Source: Neodothiora populina (lineage: Eukaryota). Taken from it: a DNA stretch of 64,000 nt. Below are positions 1-11,500 of the stretch, one piece after another. The stretch's first letter is position 1; every line of letters begins with the position of its first letter. Made by a program: the position numbers and the translations under genes. The DNA is taken from positions 2,728,001 through 2,792,000 of the forward strand of contig NW_027191404.1 in NCBI RefSeq assembly GCF_041146345.1, given 5' to 3'. Under the pieces are notes generated by a model. That model was not told where the DNA came from. It made no database searches and saw nothing but the letters and a program-made list of their open reading frames with translations.

Positions 1-693
1 GGGCAGGTAGCCAGTTCCCGTTTCCTGTTGCTGTCCGTTTTGTGAACACGTCTTTCCCTGCTCAACGTCCAGGTAACGGGGCATGCGTCGCGTCTTTTGC
101 TCCATGCCCTTCTCGGTCTAGTGAAACACCATGTTTTGCCGTCTTGGCAATTTGGTAGAGTAGAGACGAGAGAAACATTCGAGAGAGATACGAAAAGGTT
201 ATATCTGTAAAGAGGCACCGTGTCTATCATGATCGGCAGCAGATAAAAAAAGGCGACAAGCCTCTTTGGTTCCTGATTCCAAAGGGGGCGGCAAAACAAA
301 ACGAGTCGTATCTGTCGAGACGCGGGGGCACGTACATGATCTGATCCTTGTTCTCTTCCTCATCGCCACCTGCAATCGCCCGTGCGCAGCCATGGAAACG
401 AATCAAGGCAATTCGCGAACCGACAGAGTCACGTCCGGGATCCGATTTCAATCTCGAACAACACACGGACTCTCACACTACTGCACAAGACAAAGTAGTA
501 TGCCAAAGATAGACTTCCTCACACCGACGTAAAAGTAGAAGTGGAGCTTCCCCCTCTTGTTTCTTTGTTATGTATTTCTCTTCACTTCTTCTTTCCTCTT
601 CTCTCTTTACCCGCAACACCCGACAAGACCAAAACACACTCGTTTCTTCCTTTTTTTCCTTGTCCTCAGAGGCAAGACCCATTCCGAGGCAAG

Positions 694-3062
694 ATGGCAA
701 GACCTCACTCAAGCGGTTACGATTATGATGCTGTTCAACCCCATTCACCTCTTGGTACGCCCTTTGGCGGCACACCGTCCTTAAGCAGGAGAGGTTCATT
801 TGAATATCATCCTTCCCCTGCTGCATCTACAACACAACTAGTGCGAAATTCTGGAAGTTCGAGTTCTGGTCTCCAACGTCTTCGACCCACCTTAGACAAG
901 AACCACTCTCTTTACTACAATGGATCCCAGACGAATCTCGGTTCAGAAATGGACTACATGATCCCCGAATCTGATGTTTCAGATGAGGACAACAAACATT
1001 TCGAGGACTCGTCCTCGACCATCATCGGCTCGACACCTGACATGAAGCAAGACAACCGCTTCTCGTCTACGAGTTCGTTCGGTCAAAAATTCAACGATAC
1101 AGAATATGTTATCGCTGAACTCGCGAAATACGACGACAACGCCCTGCTCTCCCCATGGAAACGAAGGCTCCACCGACTTGCACCTCTTTTTACTTTTGCT
1201 GCTCTTGGCGGATACTACACTTACTATGCTTTCCGTATCTACTACACCGTCGAAGCTCAACGTGCCTACGGAAAGGTTTTCCCCATGGCCTGGGTTTTCA
1301 TTGTTGCTGAATTTCTCGTTACCAGTATGTTGTACTTCTTAACTTTTCTTTTTTCCGGATACTGACTGTGACAAAAGTTCCTACTTTCTTCCACCAAGTT
1401 TACTCTCTCCTCGGTTTCAGAGGCCGCAAGCGACCACAACTTCGTCTTGAAGGTCAAGCTGCCCCCACCATCGACGCTTTCATCACCTGCTGCAAAGAAG
1501 ATGTTGATGTTGTTATTGACACCGCCCGTGCTGCATGCGACAACGACTACCCTACCGACCGCTTCCGTGTCATCGTTCTCGACGACGGTGCAGACCCCGA
1601 ACTCAAGAAGGCCATGGAGGAACTCAGCTACCAGTACCCTAACGCTTACTACTTTGCTCGTGTCAAGGTAAAGGGCCAGCCTCACCACGCCAAAGCTGGA
1701 AACCTTATCGGCGGTACTGATTTCGTCACCAAACTTCCCGGCGGTGCTGGTGAATTCATTGCTGCTCTTGACGCAGACATGATTCCCGAAAGAGACTGGC
1801 TCCGTGCTATCATCCCTCATCTCCTCCGCGATCCTCTTATGGCTCTCGCTTGTCCTCCTCAGCTCTTTTACAACGTCCCCGACAACGACATGCTTGTTCA
1901 GTCTCTTGATCCCTTCGTCCACGTCATGGAACCTATCAAAGATTCTTGCGGTGTCGCTTGGTGCACTGGATCCGGCTATATCATTCGTCGTGCCGCTCTC
2001 GATGACATTGGTGGCTGGCCCGTCGGAACTCTTGCTGAGGACACTTTCACTTCTTCCAAGCTTCTCGGTAGAGGATGGCGAACCGCCTACGTCCACGAGG
2101 GTCTTCAATACGGTACCGTTCCCGACACTTACACTGGCCACTTGAAGCAGAGAACTCGATGGACTCTCGGTACGCTTCAGTCAGCCCTCAAGCAACGTTT
2201 CTGTCTCTACGGTGATCTCGTCAAGAAAATGACTTTCTACCAACGTCTCTCTGGTTTCGTCTTCACCATCGACGCCTTCTTCAAGATTTTCCTCCTCATC
2301 TCCGTCCTGACAATTCCCATCGTCCTGATCTCTGGAGGAACTCTCGTCGCTTACGCCACGGTCGGCGATCTCAGATGGCAAATTCGTCTTGCCTTTATTT
2401 CCTTTGCTCTGCTACGTCTTCAGGAGTATGTCAACTTCTTGCCTTCCGGATACCGTCTTGCTATGCGTGATGGCGGATCTATGCTTTGGATGGCTCCTTA
2501 CCACGCCCGCACCGTTCTCCAGTCCTTCTTGCTGCCCAAGTGGCTCGGAGGAAAGCCCATGGCCTTCACCACTTCCGGATCTATCAAGGACGCCCTCAAC
2601 GAGCGCGATCGCGCAAACCGTGCCCCTATGTGGAGACGTCTTAAGGTCATCCTCTGGGATTGCGACGCATACCTCCATCTTCTCTACATTCTTTTTGTCC
2701 TAGCAGCCGTCGCTCTTTCCCTTTACCACAACATTCACGACAACCACACCGCCAACTCTATCCTGCTTGCGCTGGTCACCCACGCCGGTTTCCCTCCTAT
2801 GCTCTGGCTTATCGCTCTCACTGCATTCTGCATTCCTATCAGATATGCAATGTTCCCGCCTTCCATGCCCGATCGTGAAGAATTACTCGATCGCGACCCC
2901 AAGACCGGCGTCGCGCACCCCAAGGAGTACTGGAAGAAGCAGAGATGGGGCAAGAACCATTTCTGGCACGAACTCGAAATTGTGTTCCTGTGTGCTTATG
3001 CCATTTTCATCTTCGTCATCAGTTTCATTATTACTGATGAGGCCATTGAGGGTGACAACTGA
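694..3062 (+). CDS. Processive GT2 glycosyltransferase, cellulose-synthase-like (CelA/CesA-like) membrane protein; 2 exons
   Basis: ATG 694 (MARPHSS); intron 1325-1377 (GTATGT...CTGAC...AAAG) joins the ORFs in frame. Motifs: LDDG, HAKAGN, LDADM, CTGSG, LAED and QRTRW (D,D,D,QxxRW); two N-terminal and several C-terminal hydrophobic helices. Confidence 0.9.
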
Positions 3063-3314
3063 AAACGAGACCAAAAAAAAACACCATTTATTTTCCTTAT
3101 TTTCTGCAATTTGAGCGGGTTTTTCTTCTAATATAGAACTATTATTTCATTACAGGCGTTTGATTTTCCTTCGGTTTCTTGCATACATAAAATATATCAA
3201 ACATTTGTACGAACATGTATAACAAATATGAAGTAAAGAAGTTCTACCTCAACCACGGCTCATTCGCCTTCCTCAGCAGATTCATCACGTACAGTCGCGA
3301 CAAGCTTTGTACAG

Positions 3315-3339
3315 TACCTGCCGTCCAGCACGGCAGGTA
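3315..3339. repeat. Perfect 10-bp inverted repeat with 5-nt spacer
   Basis: TACCTGCCGT-CCAGC-ACGGCAGGTA between the convergent 3' ends of the GT2 and P450 genes. Confidence 0.8.
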
Positions 3340-3437
3340 GTGACAAGCACCAAACGGCTTCTCAACGATCACGGTTACGTCTCGGAACAAGGTTCAGGCC
3401 GTTGCGCGACGGCTTCGTCATGTCTCGTATTTAGTTT

Positions 3438-5267
3438 CTATATAGACTTTGCCGGCCATGTGTCTCTTTTCTGAGCCCTAACATACAAGTTGACAGGTCT
3501 GATTAGCTGAAACATCGGGTCATACTGGACGGCCTCGTGGTCCTCCTTGACGAAGTTATACCGATAAACGAGCTTGGGTAAAAATATCTTCGTCTCGAGC
3601 AAAGCAAAGTTGAATCCAATACATCCTCTCGGTCCCGTGGCGAAGGGTAGGTACGCAGCCTTGTGTCGTTGTTTAACGGCGTCGGTGTCCCACCTGTCGG
3701 GATCGAATCGCGTCGGGTTCTCCCACAATTTCGGGTTCGTCGAGATGTGATGAACCGCGGGTATGACAATCGCGCCTTTGGGGATCTTGTAGCCTCCTGG
3801 AAGAACGAGATCGACTCTAGCGGTCCTCGCCGGTTGGAATGAGGGGTTGTGTCGCCGCTGCATCTCCTTGACGTATTTTTCGAGAAAGGGCAACTGACTA
3901 ATTAGATCGGCGGTCATCTGGGTGTGCTCGTCGATATCGTTGTCGATCAATTCTTGTAGCAGGCGATCCTGCATTCCAGGATAAGTAACAAGACCGTAAA
4001 TCAACCACGACAGGAGCGACGAAGTGGTGGTGAACCCAGCTCCTGTCGCAACGACAATGGCCGCTTTTAGGTTCTCGCGAGGTAATTTGTTTCCTTGACT
4101 GTCAACTGCTCGCATTGCATAGTCTTTGTCGCTGTCAGTTTTTCTTTCATCAAAACCAAAGCGAAGAGATAAAGACTCACCGACTACACAAGATGCCTTC
4201 AGTGCTGCTTCTTGCAGTTCAAGATCCTCAACGCCACTTCCAACAACCTCCGCTATTGTTTCTTCGAGCATCTTGTCCATCTCCCCGTGAACCTGCTTCA
4301 GTCTCTTCGGATCACCAAAGGGCAGAGAAGCATACCACGACCCGCGCGATGTAATTTTCTTGTTCAGTTCCAGCGAATGCACTATCAACATGACCATTTT
4401 GGACATCGGTGCGTCAACCGAGAAAAAATGGTCAAAGTCCATTCCTAGAACCAGTTTGCCAACTGCTTCTGACCCTAGCTTCAGCATGTAATGGTATACA
4501 TTCCATGCTTCGTTGCGTCTGTCTAGTTCATCGAATACGTCGAAGGCTTTCTCGATTGAACGCTGCATGGTAGGTGCATAGTGCCGGACCTTTTGGTACT
4601 GTCAGGTTTTATCACTTCGAAAGAAGAAAAGAGAAAACACTTACAGCTTTGGGACCAAATGCCGGTGGTAAGAATTTATGTGCTATCTTCCAGTTCTTGT
4701 CATCGGTATCTCCAAGAAAGACGCCTGCTTCTTGTGCTTTGATTCCATACAACGGATGGTCCGGAGTGATTTCCTTTGTGAAGAAGTCGGTCTCGGAAAA
4801 CACAATGGAAGCAATATCAGGATCATTCGTCTGGTAGATAGTACTGCCCATGTTCGTCGTCTTGAACATGGGTCCGTACATGTCGAATAACCTCTGATGA
4901 TTACCGAGATGGTCTGGGTAGATCTCATAGTATGACCCAACATAGGGAAACCCTTTGGGACCAGGCACTTCTCTGACTGGCTTTTTGTCGATTGTGATGG
5001 CAATCGCTCCTTGACAGCCAAGTACTTTTCTTGGTTCTGTCAACTCACTGCCCTCTGAGTCTTGAAAATCGATTCCTTTTTTCCCCTCTCTATTAGCCTT
5101 CGTAGTTCTTGTATGTGAGATGCAGCAGACTAACCTTGAGGGACGACTATGGCCAAATGACCGGCGACTACATGACGGATATCATCAAGAGTCGATTGTT
5201 CACTGAACGCAACGTCCACGGCAGTAGACACGTCCTCTCCGAGAAAATAAAACGATTTGACAGCCAT
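3438..5267 (-). CDS. Cytochrome P450 without N-terminal membrane anchor (CYP540-like); 4 exons
   Basis: ATG 5267 (MAVKSFYFLGED); GT-AG introns 5076-5134, 4590-4644 and 4124-4180. Motifs: PGPKGFPYVG, I-helix AGFTTT, ExxR (EMQR), PDRW, heme loop FATGPRGCIG. Subfamily is recalled resemblance, not a search result. Confidence 0.92.
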
Positions 5268-5622
5268 TGTCTTTTTCAATTACCCTGAGAAACACATCAA
5301 GGAGAATAGCAACAAAAATGGACGACCTTATAATTCACCATTGATCGATACCGAGGTAATTGGATTGACCATTTCATGGTGCTTCTTCGGTCGAGTTGGT
5401 TTCACCTCTGGTGTTATAGAACAAGCCGAGGTTTGTGGTTTTTTATATTACTATCTGTGAGTAGATTGGATGATCAATACACCAGACCCACTGTAATCTA
5501 TGGAAACGAAGATGCCGAGGTCCTCCTGTTGTTGGTTTGAATAAAGATAAGAGAAACCTCGCTTCGAGGCTCGTTGTCATCTCGTCGCTGTGCAACCGAG
5601 AATACCAGAGAAAGAAAGTAAA
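5268..5622. promoter_or_regulatory. Bidirectional promoter with three CCGAGG (FarA/FarB/Ctf1-type fatty-acid response) elements
   Basis: CCGAGGT at 5351, 5426 and 5515, all in the same orientation, in the 355 bp between the divergent start codons. CCGAGG is the established FarA/FarB site in Aspergillus. Confidence 0.7.
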
Positions 5623-6934
5623 ATGGCGGATCTCAAGCAGTATGCTGCAAAGGGAGTGGCCGAGCATAATCAGGCAAAAGACTCATGGATCATCATTCAC
5701 GGCAAAGGTAAGTACTCGTCTACTCTTTCTCGAACACATCAAATGCTGACCAAGGGCACACAAAAAAGTGTATGATGTGACAGACTACATCCAAGACCAT
5801 CCAGGCGGCGCAGAGGCGATCATAGAAGTGGCGGGAACAGACTCGACCGCTGCGTTCGAAGACGTCGGACACTCAGATGATGCCCACGAGATCCTGAGCA
5901 AGTTCCTCATCGGAGCGGTCGATACGCCTGAATACGTTCGACCCAAAACCGTGACTGTGGTCAAAAGGAGTGTACCTCAAGCAACGACAAAGTCGTCGAC
6001 ATCGAGCGTCGGAATCTACGCCACATCTCTCTTCGCCATCGGAGCAGTGGGATATCTCTTCTATAACATCAACCTCCGCAGAATCGTCAATAACGACCAC
6101 GCCTTCGCCCAGGGCTTCACCCTCGCGAGTCTCGTGTCGGGCGCGCTCGGATACTATGTCATTTCGAAAGTGCAAGCCGCAGCGAGCATCACGGCGGGCT
6201 TCACGAGATACCCGCCACACCTGCCGTCGAAGATGCAGCCGGTGAACAAGAAACGAGAGATCAACGAGCGCTTGCCTCTGGTCGAGAAGACGCGGCTCAG
6301 CAAGACGGCTTTGCGTCTTGTGTTTGCGTTGCCCACGCAGTCGTCTTCTCTTCATCTGCCTGTTGGCCAACATGTTTCGATCAGGGCTGAGATCGACGGC
6401 AAAGCAGTCTCGAGATCGTACACGCCGACGGCGAACAGGACAGGTCGACTCGAACTCGTCATTCGTGTCTACGACAATGGTTTACTGACGGGCAAGTACC
6501 TCTCTAACCTTTCCATCGGTGATCTGGTCGAGTTTCGTGGGCCCAAGGGTGCGATGAAGTATCGAAAGGGACATGCGTCCAAGATATTGATGATTGCGGG
6601 CGGGACCGGTATCACGCCCATGTATCAAGTCATTCGCGCGATACGTGAGGACGAGACGGACAAGACCGAGGTTTCTCTCATCTACGCCAATCGCACGGAA
6701 GACGAGATCCTCTTGCGACAGGAACTCGACCAGCTGCTCGACGTCTATTACGTGCTCGATCAGCCTCCCGAGAAGTGGCAAGGCAAAAAAGGACATGTCA
6801 CGAAAGATATGATTTCTCCGAGGCTGTTTGCTGATACTAAAGTTTTCATTTGTGGTCCTCCAGCTATGGTTACTGCCTGCAAAAAAACACTTGTTGGACT
6901 CGGTAAACCGTCAGATGATGTATTCTCTTTCTAG
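5623..6934 (+). CDS. Cytochrome b5 / NADH-cytochrome b5 reductase fusion protein; 2 exons
   Basis: ATG 5623; intron 5708-5768 gives WIIIHGK-VYDVT. b5 motifs HPGG and FEDVGHS; two hydrophobic segments; FAD motif RSYTP; NAD motifs AGGTGITP and CGPP. Confidence 0.93.
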
Positions 6935-8170
6935 TAATCATAATGCTTCGCAGCCTTGTTCGCGTCGAAGAACCAGATGCCGTTTGTGCGGTCGGAATCA
7001 ATCTCACCGCCTGGGATATGTCTTGACAGTTGCTCGAAAAGTTCATGTCTGTCTTGTTTTGTGAAGTACGCTCTCTCCCACTCGCGACTCGACTCCTTCT
7101 CTTCTTTTCTCATTGATCGCTGTTGGTTTTCGATCAGCGACTTCTCGGCGGTCGTCGCATCCATGTCTCCACGTTGGATGGCGTCGGCCACCTTCTTCCA
7201 TGCCCGTCGCGATTCGAGCGGATGCTGTTCGTCGATGGGCGCGACCTGTAAAGGTGTCTTTGGTTGAGCTTTCGCATTGTAAGACTCAACCAGTCTCTTG
7301 TGGGCGTCCTTGATCTCGAATTTCTCGCTCCACTGTCCTTCGACAGTGTAGATGACGTCCTTTTCCTTGCCGTTGGGGAACATGGTGGCAGTGAACGAGT
7401 TCTTCTTTCCGCTCAACCAGCCCTTTCCTGAATAATCGACCCTTGACGTGTACCCAGTGCTCGAGATGATGTAGGTTGATTTGTTGAGCTCCACATAGGG
7501 ACTTCCCGTGATCAGACCCTCGATGTGCAGCGAGGGCAGCGTGATGAGATAATCCTCGTCGAACTCGTCAATGTGAAGAATCGCATGTCCGATCTGCTTG
7601 ACATTGATGGTGCGACCGAAGCTTGCCTTTTGCGCATTGTAGCCCTGGAGTCTCACGCCCTTGGATTTGTTCCAGATGGAATAGGCTGTGACCGGAGGAT
7701 GATGGCTGACTTGCTCCGACACGAGCTGGGTCTCTCCCGTGTGATCAACCCATTTGCCCAGGAAGAGCTCGCCCAGGAACGGATTCAGCGGCTTCTTCTC
7801 CGAGCCTAGCTTTTCGTTTCGTGTCGCGTATTGCTGCTTCAACGTTGACAGGAACCACTTCAGCACCAGCATGGCTCTCCTTTGCTTGTCCTTCTCGTCG
7901 GCAGGTGCCACGAGCAATGAAGGCATCTCGGCCCAATATGCACTGAATTCGGTCAAAGACGTCGTCGACAGAATGAAAGCCGGCGCAGTCATGGAAGACA
8001 GATCGCCATTGAATGAAGCCATGGACTTTTGTTTGTTATCAGTAAGGGATTATTTTGATGATAGGAAAGAAAAGGCAGGGACAGATGGTGTCTACCTTCA
8101 GAAAGGAGGCCCATGATCCTTTGCTACTTGCGGGCACAGCAGCACCCTCGGTCTCTTTGCTTGAACTCAT
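6931..8170 (-). CDS. KES1: Oxysterol-binding protein, Kes1/Osh4 type; 2 exons
   Basis: ATG 8170 (MSSSKE...SWASFLK); intron 8026-8095; then SMASFNGDLSSMTAPAFILS, EKKPLNPFLGELF and the EQVSHHPP signature. Confidence 0.93.
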
Positions 8171-8542
8171 GTTATATCTATCTTACGATCTGTCCGTCGC
8201 GTGTTGTTTGTGAAGGAAGGGGAAAAGGAGGGGGTGGGAAAAGACACGGGGTAGAGAATCTCGCCATATCTATCCATGCTGCGCCGCAATCGTGCGACTG
8301 CCCAAATGGAAACGTGGGGTACAAACGTCATGACTTGGCAATGTTGATTCAGGGCAGGTACGAGCACAGTCAAGGAACCTGGAAGGTACACCATACAAGG
8401 TAACTAACTCGGGGTTGTTATTCCCACACAGTCAACTCGCGGTGAGACACAAGGTATATCAGGTACAGTACCTTGACCCACAAGTACAATGATATAAGGT
8501 AGCTAAAGGCTTATAGTACAGCTAATAATCTATCCGGTTGCC

Positions 8543-11500
8543 CTATTTTGTCTCGTCATTTCCTTGAGCCGCGATGGAGTAAAACATCCTCTCGATCTCG
8601 GGACTCGCTTTCATCCATTCCAGTTCCAAAATGTTGGTTTCTTCATTATTTTTGATTAGTTCCATCATCGTAACAATCAATCCCCACGGGTGTGGTCTCG
8701 CTGTCATTAAACGTTCAACTAGGACACGAGCAATCTGTTGTTGAATCTTGTCGTTTGTCGTCTTGAATAAATTCATCACCGTTGTGATGTAGAATAGCGT
8801 GTGAGAATTGGGGTGGCGGAGTTGGTTGGCCATTGCCCCTATGATGAAGTATCGAAGCGACGGGCTTGAGTTTTCCACCGTCGTCTTGATCTTCTTGTTG
8901 CCGTCAATGGCGCACTTGACGACATAGGCATTGATCAGGAGACTGTTCTTGTCCGCCAATGCCATTGCCATGTCGTCTTTGTCTGGGTTTATTTTTGCAT
9001 CGTCAAAGATCTTCTGAATGTCTTGATGAATGACAGGTGCCTGTCTGACTTGTTCGAGTCGGTTGATCTTGAGTCCCGCGACGAAAGGATCCGGTAGGTC
9101 TTGATAGCTTCCTGGATATGCACTGCTCAGCAGATTGAACATCTGCAAGAGGTTCTCTGGCACGTTCGAGCAGAGCAACATGTGGTTCTCGACAAAGTAT
9201 TCCGGGAAGTCGTGTGTCAGCATCAAAATCACTCGGATCGATCCACGGTAGAAATCTTGCATCGGTGCGCTTGTCTCGATGTGTCCCGAGTTGATCAAGT
9301 CGCCGAGGTATGCGAAGAGCGATGTCAACAATCGCGTGAATGTATCCCATGACTGCGTTCCTGTTAGCATTTTGCATTGTCGCGAGTTATAAAAACAAGA
9401 ACACACCTCTCTGTCCTTGAGTAGAGACAAGAACATTCTATGACTGATCAGACTCAACCATGAGAATGAGAATCCGGGAAGTACTCTTGGATTGAGGTAT
9501 AACATCATCTTTCCGAATGACTTCGTCAGATCGACTTCGAAATGCGATCTGTACGCGTGAAGCTCGCATAGGATGCTGCTGAACAGTCGGAAATACATTC
9601 TTGCGCTGAACCTCTCAGAACGCCTGTGGTGGTGATCATTGAGCACAAGAACAATCAAAGCCAACAATTGTTCGAAGTATTTGGCCTGGTTGTCTTCGTG
9701 ATATGCGACAAGACTGACAACGAGTCTCGCCAACGCGTCGACTTGAACATATGCCCCGTCCACAGACCAGAAGAAAGATTCTTGTTCTTCGTATGCTGCG
9801 ACCGACATTTCGATGCTGACCCTCAGGAACGCGGACAGGGATTCGAGATCATCGATGATCTTTTGCTTGTGTAATTGCCAGACAAATGCTGCGAGATATC
9901 TCTCTGGCGCATCGGGTCTCTGGAGTCGAACCCATTCTTCGAACAGGTATTCGAGCTGATCCTCGTTCTTGCTTTTGATTTCTGTTGGCTCGAGCTTGGC
10001 TTTGGTTGTTGTTGCGATCTCATCCTCTGGGTTTTCCTTGATGTATTGGTCAAGAGCTCCGATGGACAAAACAAGATCTGCACGGAGTGCTCCTGGGTGT
10101 TCGTTAAGCAGAAGCTCGTCGAACAACGCCCCCAGGAACTCAATCGCGATGGACCTGTGTTGCAAGATGGCTCTCGCAGTCTGGTTGTCGACATGGTGGA
10201 GATCGATCAGTCCTGCCTTGAGCAAGCTAACAACAACTGCGGGCGAGAAGGCTCGGTCGTCGTCCAAAGTCATGAGATACATGATCAGCTGTCTTGCTGT
10301 TGACACCGAAATGATACAAAGTTGGTTGAGGAACTGAACAAGGACTTCGATCTCTAGTCTTGTTTTTGTGTCGGTGTAGATCAGGACAGTCGCGCGTTGA
10401 CCGGCATGTATGGCCAAAGCATCCTTCTGAGGATGAGCTTCCACGATCCGGACGACTTGCTCGAAGATTTCGCGGACCGGCGCATTCGGGCCGAGTTCTT
10501 GAATGTGTTCTTCTGGTGCCTCACGGGATGCTCTTTGCAAGTCCGAAAGCATATCGATAACGCGATCGGCAATGTTATGAGACTCCAGGTATCGCGATCT
10601 CGGCATTGCTGGTGCTTCTGCTGGGGTTGGTAATGAAGGCAGGAAAGAATCGGCAATGACATCTTGTGATTGTGATGCATTGCTTGAGTGCTGTGTAGAG
10701 GAAATTCCACGTTGCCTTCCAAAATCTTCGTAGATGGCAAGTTGTGAAGGGTTTAGTCCTCCGGGTTCTTGGCGATATGGTTCCGGGATGAAGAACGCCC
10801 AGCGGCTGACCGGTGGATAATTGAACTGTTCGGTAGAGACGAGGTTCCTCCTCTTCGTTATTGCTTCTTCGATTTGTGCGTCGATCTCCGCTTTTGATTG
10901 TGATTCCGCTGCGTCTTCGACGAGTTTGCAAACAGTATCCAGATTGTCATTGACAAACATGAGAATTGAGCCTTCGGGCAGAGGTTCGTGCAGAGTCTGA
11001 GCTGCAATGATCCTGATGTTGTTTGAGATGCTCATTCTCAGAGGTTCTTTGCATGTCACCAATGCAAGACTGCCTGACAAAGCCTTGACAACGTTGTGTG
11101 CCGATTTCTGTAGTATCTCAGGGTTCGGCTCCATGGCAAAGTCCTTTTCTATAAGCTGTGTTGTCGATATTGCTGCAATAGTGACGGATCTCTCGACAAC
11201 AGGAGCAATGATTTCTGTAATTGCTCTTTGTGCTGCATCCAGGAAAATGGTCTTGAGTTGCTGTTGACTGACTGTGCCAGACGATGGTGGATAGTGCAAA
11301 ACTTCGGCGAGATCAGGCAGAGACTTGAGGACATCCTGCGAGGAGAATCGCTCGTTCGGAGCACGCTTGGATAACGAAATCAAATGCATGTCACCAAATC
11401 CTTCAAGACCATCTGCTGCGTATTGTTGTTGCAAGATTTCCTCCTCTCGGTGAAGATCAAGGGTCCTAAAGATGTTGAGGGCTTCCGTGGTCTTGACGTC

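Noticed and set aside
541..693. N-terminal extension of the 541..1365 ORF
   Set aside because: Non-ATG start in a pyrimidine-rich 5'UTR/promoter tract; the first ATG in frame is 694.
1266..2141. 291-aa minus-strand ORF
   Set aside because: Antisense shadow of the codon-biased GT2 exon; no motifs.
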